From positions 51,956,001 to 52,020,000 of the forward strand of contig OZ024742.1 of assembly GCA_964016885.1 (NCBI GenBank): a stretch of DNA of 64,000 nt. Reading direction: 5' to 3'. Source of the DNA: Eledone cirrhosa (lineage: Eukaryota). The position numbers and the translations under genes are program-made. A model generated the notes under the pieces. That model was not told the DNA's origin. It searched no databases and was given only the letters and a program-made list of their open reading frames with translations. Positions 55,958-64,000 of the stretch are shown here, one piece after another. Every line of letters begins with the position of its first letter. Positions within the stretch are counted from its first letter, which is position 1.

Positions 55958-56310
55958 GAAGGCAATTTTTACCAATACTTGTTGGTTTTTATTGCTCATT
56001 ATCGACAATAAATGATATTGAACAGAAATGATAACTCTGTCAAAGCTCACAATACTTATCAAAGGAGACCAATGTCTGAATCATTTACGTCGAATATTCA
56101 TAGCAGTGAAGGCAATTTCTACCAATACTTTTTGGTATTTATTGCGCAACGTAGCAGTGAAAGCAATTTTTACCAATACTTGTTTGTTTTTATTGCTCAT
56201 AACGACATTAAATGACATTGAACAGAAATGATAACTCTGTCAAAGCTCACAATACTGATCAAAGGACACCAATGTCCGAATCATTTACGTCGCTTATTGA
56301 TAGCATTAAA
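55958..56310. repeat. Tandem duplication in the Helitron 2 3' region
   Basis: gcaatttttaccaatact...ttgaacagaaatgataactctgtcaaagctcacaatact repeated twice, with one partial unit. Confidence 0.8.
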
Positions 56311-56339
56311 GATATGCATACATGAGCTCAAAGCTTCAT

Positions 56340-59300
56340 TATAGACAATATTCAGGGTTGTTCCTCTGTTAGTGGTATCAATTGGAAATTTTACACCATC
56401 AGGATCGCACACTCGAGATGCAGCAACAGTTGCCCAAGGCTGAATGCTGGATCATTCAAGTAGACACCGACTCGCTTGAAAGTCTGTCCCTGTACCTTGT
56501 TGACAGCCATTGAGAAGGCCAAATTGACGGGAAACTGTCTCCTTTGACAAATAAATGGCAGCAGATCTTCACTTCGTCTCAGCATGATCCTCGGAATGAG
56601 AACCGAGTCATCTCTGCCTGGGAGTTTAGCTTCTAAAACTCTTCCGTTAATCAATCTCTCAACAATCAATCTGGTACCATTGCAAAGACCCATTTTATGA
56701 TTGATATTTCTAAGCAATATAATCGGCATACCCTTTTTCAACCTCAAAATACGTGGGGGGGGGGGGGGGTATTTGAAGTGAATTCAGATACTCAGTCGGA
56801 ACATCCATATTGTTCTGCTGATTAGGCTCCATTGCATCCGCACTGATGGTCAACCATTCTTCTCCAGGAAACATTCCGGCTACTTATGAATTTATTTCAT
56901 CGACCGTTGCATTCGTATGAGTTAGAATAAAGCGTTCCGATATCCAGGAGATATTCTGCCAAAAAGTATTCAAATTAAGGATCACCCAGTCAATCAATGC
57001 TTGGCGGTCCAGTGGCATGACCAAATGGTCTGAGATTCTTACAGTCTGATTATCACCAATGTGTGGCAATTCATCGTTTCCCAACTGTATCAACCATCGG
57101 CCGTATGTCTCAGCCTCTTCGTTTTACCCGAACATACCAAGTCGCATATTATCGTGTAATCGCAAAACTCTGAAATGGCGCTACAACGGGGACTTTTTCA
57201 GACATGCATCGACAATTTGCGCTCTTTGAGCATTCCTAACTGTCTGAAATCGCCACCAAGAACGATAGTCTTACCACCGAATGGCAGGTCACTAAAGCAG
57301 ATATCTCTCAAAGTTCTGTCCAATGCCTCCAGCAAATATCTGTGTGCCATTGGAGCCTCGTCCGAAATAATCAGAGAGGTATTGCGTATAAGGCCCGCGA
57401 GTTCACTTTGTCCTGTAATGTTACAGACACTCAACTCGTCCGGAGCCAATGGAGCCTTGAAGCATGAGTGGAAAGTCCTTCCACCACTCAGTAAAATGCC
57501 AGCGATCCCACTGGTGGCCACAGGGAGAGCAATCTTCCTCTGAGCTCTGACTGCTGATAACATAGTGTTGAAACAGAATGTCTTTCCGGTGCCTCCTGGA
57601 GCATCTATGAAAGCACAAAGCTGCTCATTAGTGGAAATCGAGTGGAGAACGCCATCGACCAATTCTCTCTGAGATTGGGTCAATATTGGCATACGTTCAT
57701 CCACAATACGTTGCTGTTCCAGTGAATCAAACTGGAATAGTTCCCTCCGATCGAGTGGCAACCGTCTAAGCTGCAATCTCATGTTCAATGCTAAGACACG
57801 TTGGCGCATTTCTTCATCAGGAATTGCCAAATTTAAATCTGTTAAACATTTGAATATGAACTTCAAGCAGTTGCTCAATATTGAGCAAAACAATAGCTTT
57901 CATCAAATTTTCATCATCGACCTGAAGATGATGCCTAAAATCATCAGATATAATTCCCCAATGACGTTCAAATAACTCTCTTGGATCGGCAAGAATGCAG
58001 AATCCTAGAATCGTGAAAGCCTTATTTGAGCTGGCATCTGTGTTGTTCCTGCAGCTTCCAAGGCGTTATTCCATTCAGCGTCATCCTGAAGGAGTCCCAG
58101 ATACTGACACACAGCCTGGTATGTTTCATATTCCACGCCATTGATTGGTTTCAAATCAGCGAAGCTCTGTTTACCTCTAGAAAAATCATTATGAAACAGA
58201 ATTTGGAGATAAAACACATCACCAGATGCTGGATGGACATTACAAACCCGTCCAATAGTCATGAATCTCAACTTTTGTTTTCTATCATTCCATTTCTTTC
58301 CCTTCTTATCTCACGTATAGTGCGAAGGGAAATCGCAGTAGAGCTGCCTTTGATCCGGGTTCAAAGCATGCTCCCTATTATGCTTGAACCACTCAGTCAA
58401 TTCCGTCTTAGGAGGTGGTGCGTCAGCAATTCTTTCGACACCTCTTCTAGTGTCCTGAAAACAGACCATTTGCCTATTCTCTAAGTGAACCGTCAGTTTC
58501 TGAACGCTGGATTTGCGAGATCAAAATCGAACAATCTCCAGCAAGCTTCGCTAGATCCAATTGAGCGAACATCCTGGAACCTGCCAACTTCATCTCCTTG
58601 GTTCGCTTCCTCATTCCTGACATTGATCATTGCCCGAGCATGACGTTTGTAAACATATTTGAATAGATATTTGCAAGCCTTCACTGAGCTACAAATTTCC
58701 ACATTAATATGACAACGATATTTTATAATCAAATATGGATTGTATGGCACAACCCATTGATTGGTAACCTGTCGACTGTTTACATTTTCGACCAAACCGC
58801 CATCGGCAGGCGACCGTCTTCTGTATGAGGGATGAGCATCCCATCGTTTCAGGAAGTGTTCGTGACAAAAGATCTCGGAAAGTGCTTACTGCATTGGACA
58901 TTTTTCATACAAGGCGCTTTTCGATTTACCACTCCGCATTGGTTGTGCACCATTGACTTTGCCACCAAGTTGCGTAGTGCCTCATTCTCCGGCAGTTCAG
59001 CACACACAATGCTGTTGACATCCTCAGCCCATCTCAATTTGCAATCTCTATGTAAAATGATCAGCAAATGTGCATGTGGCAATCCTCTTTTTTGGAATTC
59101 AATTACGTATGTAAAAGCAACTATACCTCCAAAGATTCTCTCTTTTTCCACATCATCCATTATCTTTTTCAGATATCCTTTGAATACTCTTGCCACAATA
59201 CCAGGACCGTCCTTTGGCTGTTGTCCTGGTAAAAGTGCATCCTTAATATCAGTCCATTCAGGATTGCATGTAACCGTTATAAACAAATCTGGCTTTCCAA

Positions 59301-60891
59301 ACTTTCTGATAATAGCCATTGCATCCTGATAGAGAATGTTCATATATCTTGGGCCGCTGATGAACGACGATGGCAAAATGATGCGTCAACCAATTTGCTT
59401 GAAATTGGCATCACCGGCTGTTATCGCATATATTATTATATAATTCAGCTCTGATATGTTGCTGATGTGTAGCTATAAGATTTAGCCTTTGATTTTCGAT
59501 CTTTGCGAATGCGATACAACAGTATTCCTGGAACAATCTGCTGGCTTGAAATAGCGCATTTCTCTGTTGATTCCTCCAGTTCAAATGGAACGCGTAAAAG
59601 TCGCGAATCGAATTATTGTGTCTATTGCCGCCTCCCTGTTGATGCTGATTCTCATGATCATCTAAATGAACAGACACGTTCCATCCATTTTCACCTTTTG
59701 GGAATAAAAAACATAATGCAATGGATCGTATGCCCTATTTGACTCATTGATAGTCTTGAGAACACCATCACTGCGATTGAGGACGCTATCTCTCGATCCA
59801 GGCTTATCGTCCATCAACACAGCAACTTCACAATATCCTTCAGGGGTATTATACCGCCGTTCGTGTTGATTCCTTGTATCTGCGTCAGCCTTAATCACCA
59901 ATGTTTGCTGCCGAAGATTTTGCGGTTCAGCCACCAACAAGAAATCTATAACATAAGGATTACACTGTCTAAGCCATGATTGCAAATCACGGATCAAATC
60001 ACTTAATCTTTGCCGTTCAAGTTCAGTTATATTTCCCGGCAACTTCATCCAACCGATCCTGATATCCTCCTCCGATTCACTATAATCTGGATCGTTAACG
60101 TAAATTTGAGCGAATCGAGGCCTCCCTCCTGGGGTAACTTCTAAATTACCGAAACAATGATACAAACGGCCTTGAATGACTACATTCGGTTGCCATGCTC
60201 CACTCTCAAACATCTCACTAACTCTCTGCGATGCTAAAGCTAATGAATTGTTAATTTGCCGCGAAATTTTGCGGAGTAATCCACCTCGGTCTCCTTGATC
60301 ACCCCACATACTTAGTATTTTAAACTCCGGTGACTCCTCATCATCCGGCATTCGCAATTGTTCTAGTTGAACTGCTCCTTTATGACAGCACATTGTGGTC
60401 CACGTCTTTCCGTGCCTCCAAAGCAATGCTCCACAATGTGGACACTCTGCTCGTCCACCAATCTGAAAATGACACGGTTGCCATGATCCATTTTTATCAT
60501 TCGTTCGTCTTCTAGCCTCTTTACTGGAAAGAGGACCACTTTGGCGACACATTCTCTGAACTTCTGTATTGCGCTGGCGCTGTTCAGCCGGCTCCTCTTC
60601 ATCCATCGCAGCACGCCGTTGCTGCTGAATTCTGGCCATCTGCTGATGATGCTCAGTCAACTCGTCTTCAACCATCGCAGCACGCCGTCGCTGCTTGGCT
60701 CCAGTGTTTCGTTGGTGTCGTTCAGCCAGCTCCTCTTCATTCATGGCGGCACATCTTCGCCTCTGAAGTTCGGCGTTCCGATGGCGCTGTTCGGCCCGTT
60801 TTTCTTCATTGCTGGCTGCACGCAGTCGCCGCTGTAGTTCACTGTCTGATAAAGTCGAATTGATTTTATTATCAATATTCATTTCGAGCAA
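56340..60891 (-). pseudogene. Helitron 2 RepHel protein, near full length, frameshifted
   Basis: N-terminal Arg/Gln/Glu repeats, CPHCGA..CC Zn finger, FAQIYVND, YDPLHY, FITVTCNPEW, IEFQKRGLPHAH (HUH), KYLFKYVYK, DAPGGTGKT, GGDFRQL, RRQFPV..QGQT. Confidence 0.95.
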
Positions 60892-61360
60892 TTGTCAAAA
60901 AATGACACAATAATAAATATAAAAGATGTCCGTCAATGTAAAGAAGGGTCCCTATTTACTCCCTTCACAACTCTGTGTATGTTAAACTGACAGACAGGCA
61001 CACAGACAGATAAACTGCGTGGTGATTGTGGAACGCCACACACATACACGCATGGAAACGCGCACACGCACGCAAACTTACACACGCACACACTCACACA
61101 TGTTGATAGTTTTTACTTTCTGTGGAACACTGCACGCACACACACATAAACATGCACGCACGTACATACACACGCACACATATTAATAGTTATTGAACAC
61201 AGCGTTCACACTCTCCCCTCTCACTCCCTCATTGGCATTATGCATATTACTTTCAGTTTGGCGTCGTTGAGGTAGGCGGAGTCGTTTGAAACCTATTAAC
61301 CAATGATAATCGAGAATTATGACACACGGAATACTGACGTTCTTCAAATAAATAAATATA

Positions 61361-62234
61361 CTAGCTGACGTACCCAGCTTCGCCCGGGTAAACAGATGAT
61401 AAGAGAACACAGGTAAAAGAGAAAATGACTGTATTGGATGTTTGTCTGGTTACAGTATGAGGCCAGTCCGTAGTGTCTGTGTGTTACAAAAAACAGTAAA
61501 AAAAAATCTTCCAGATATACCAGATTCTTCGTTGTACCGTTTGTGCATAGTATATGAACAATTCTAGGTGCTCCCACCTAGAATAGTGACCTCTAGGAGA
61601 TGGTTCATCTTCTGTCTGACTGTAAAACGAGTATCATTGCATAGACGCGGTTGTCCCACGTTTCTCAAAAGGATGATGGAAGTTCCAATCTGTTATATTA
61701 TATGTAGATATAGATATAGATAATTAATATAAAAGGTGTCCCTATTTACTCCCTTCACAACTCTGTGTATGTTCGACTGGCAGACAGGCATACATACAGA
61801 TAAACTGCGTGGCTATTGTGGGATGCCGCACGTACACACACATACACGCATGGAAACGCGCACACGCACGTAAACTTAAATACACGCACACACTCACACA
61901 TGTTGATCATTTTTATTTTCTGTGGAACGCTGCACGCACGCACACACACATAAACATACGCGCACGAACATACTCACGCACACATGTTAATAGTTATTGC
62001 TTTCCTTCCCCTCTTATTTCCACACACATCACACACACACATGTCTCTACACTGACACATATACATAGTGTTCACTTTGCCTCTCCCTCCCCTCTCACTC
62101 CCCCAGTGGCCTTGTGCATATTAATTTAAGTTTGGCGTCGTTGAGGTGGGTCGAGTCGTTTGAAACCTATGAACCAATGATAATCGAGAATTATGACACA
62201 CGGAATAATGACATTGTTGAAATTAATATATAGA
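61361..62234 (-). mobile_element. Composite non-autonomous Helitron
   Basis: A|TCTATATATT start at 62234; 61737-62215 duplicates the Helitron 2 5' region 60947-61345; 3' module 61361-61720 with hairpin and CTAG|T. Confidence 0.78.
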
Positions 62235-62239
62235 TTACA

Positions 62240-62821
62240 CTCTTTTCACATTGTACCAATAGCAATCAATTTCTCTGTAGAATAATCTTACTTTGGATCA
62301 TAGTTGAAGGCTGATCTTTTCCAGGTCCCTTTGAATGTTGCTGCACTTTTCTCAAACGTATTTTGCCAATCTTGATCAAGACGCTTACATCTCTCCTCTG
62401 ATGATTAGAGAAGTCCTACAGCAACTATTTGCTCCTCATTTTTTCTTTATCTAAACTCTCGCTGACCTATTGTCTCATTGCCAACTCTGGCACCTTGACT
62501 TTGTCTTGCATCCTTTAAACATTTTCTCTTTCCTCTTTTGACTGTTGGATCCTTCGTGTTGCATTTTGTTGAGGTAATCGTTCTGACTGTTTTCCTTTAC
62601 CTCTTGAGACTCATTGGGTCTGCGTACAGCAGCCATCCTTCGATTTTTTTCATGTCTTTGCTGTCGTTGTGCAGGGGATTCTAGTATCCTTGCTCTCGGT
62701 ACCTCTACTTGCATTTGCTGCACTGTAGAATACTGTTCTTCTGCATGGCACCCTCTCTTCTTGCCTCGTTAGCAACGTCTGAAGAGCTTGGGGAGAGTGA
62801 GACCATTTTTCTCCTCGGCAT
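62240..62821 (-). pseudogene. Probable N-terminal remnant of a third Helitron ORF
   Basis: MPRR start and Arg/Gln/Glu-rich repeats (ESPAQRQQRHEKNRR), followed by an AFNYDP-like segment. Confidence 0.55.
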
Positions 62822-63335
62822 CTCTTTGAAAAATTGAAATATGGATTAAATGAAAGTTACATGAATACCTTCACCGGGGGGATATAAATCAATGGCGATT
62901 GTGGAACGTCAACGTATCAGAGTAAGACACGCACACACATACACAAACACACACACACACATGCACACATACACACACACACTCACACACACGTAAGCAA
63001 ACGCAACGACTCTCTTTGTCATTGTCAAACATTTAGAAGTATAAATTCGCGTTCGTTTCTTTTGGAATTACGAAGGCATTTTTCCTGATAGAGAGAGGGA
63101 AAGCGAGAGAGAAGAGGGAGACAAGTAACTCTCTTTCTCTTTTTCTGCCATTACTTACTCTCCTCTCTTACTTCACTTTCATGATCACTGCTACAATAGC
63201 AAAACGTTGTTTATCACACACACACGCACGTACTATCACTTACACAACATACACATACAGCATCTTTCTCTCCCGCTATCTCCCTCTCTTTGTGTGGACA
63301 CTCTTTCAATTTGCTCTACTCCGATACAAACCTGT

Positions 63336-63378
<43 letters not shown>

Positions 63379-63777
63379 ATATTTCTCTCTCTCTCTCTCT
63401 CGTTCTCATTCTGTGTTTCTCTCTCTCACACACACACATTCTCTCACACCCTCTGTAAGTCTTCGACTCTTTTAGTCTCTATGTCTCTTTCTCTCACACT
63501 CACCCTTTCAAACTCATTCCACACTCAATTATACACTCTATCCTACTATTTACATTTTTCTCTCTATCGAAATGCTTCAAAGAGACACCGAAGTTGTAAT
63601 GAAAAAGGAGGAGTGGAGGAGATGTAAGCAGCCACTTTATCATTTTGCCTTTCTGTCTCTTTCTCCCCTTCTCATTCACTCATTGGCATTGTTCAATAGA
63701 CATACATACACAGATATCCGCAAATATCATATAGACTTCTACACACAAAAAATGTGTGTGTGTGGGGGGGGGGGGGG

Positions 63778-63832
<55 letters not shown>

Positions 63833-64000
63833 TGCGTGTGCGTGTGCCTATGTATATAAACAAACTCTTCGCTGGCAGAATGAGTGTATATATATATATA
63901 TATAATTACATATTCTTATATATACAAACATATTGAATATATTACTTACTTTCGAATCGTTATATACACCTGTATTTACAATTGGATTAATATCTTTGTT

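Overview
AT-rich, microsatellite-laden eukaryotic DNA, probably an invertebrate. An octopus/cephalopod origin is inferred from the repeat content and is not proven. No intact host gene is evident. The window is a nest of mobile elements: several families of Penelope-like retroelements (PLEs; YRDD-type RT plus C-terminal GIY-YIG endonuclease with CxCx5C, CxxC and CxH motifs), mostly as fold-back (inverted-arm) insertions in (TA)n; one 5'-inverted RTE-type LINE; tRNA-derived SINEs; and a Helitron cluster at about 52-63 kb. The main hidden signal, read by eye, is about 20 type I hammerhead ribozyme (HHR) motifs from roughly ten different repeat families, nearly one per fold-back arm. They include minimal forms with a palindromic stem III, forms with a very long stem II, a recurrent U.U juxtaposition at the base of stem II, and one family with a compensatory U3-A8 core (UUGAAAA instead of CUGANGA). 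Most ORFs in the supplied track are microsatellite artefacts. Element boundaries are approximate and no folding or database search was run.
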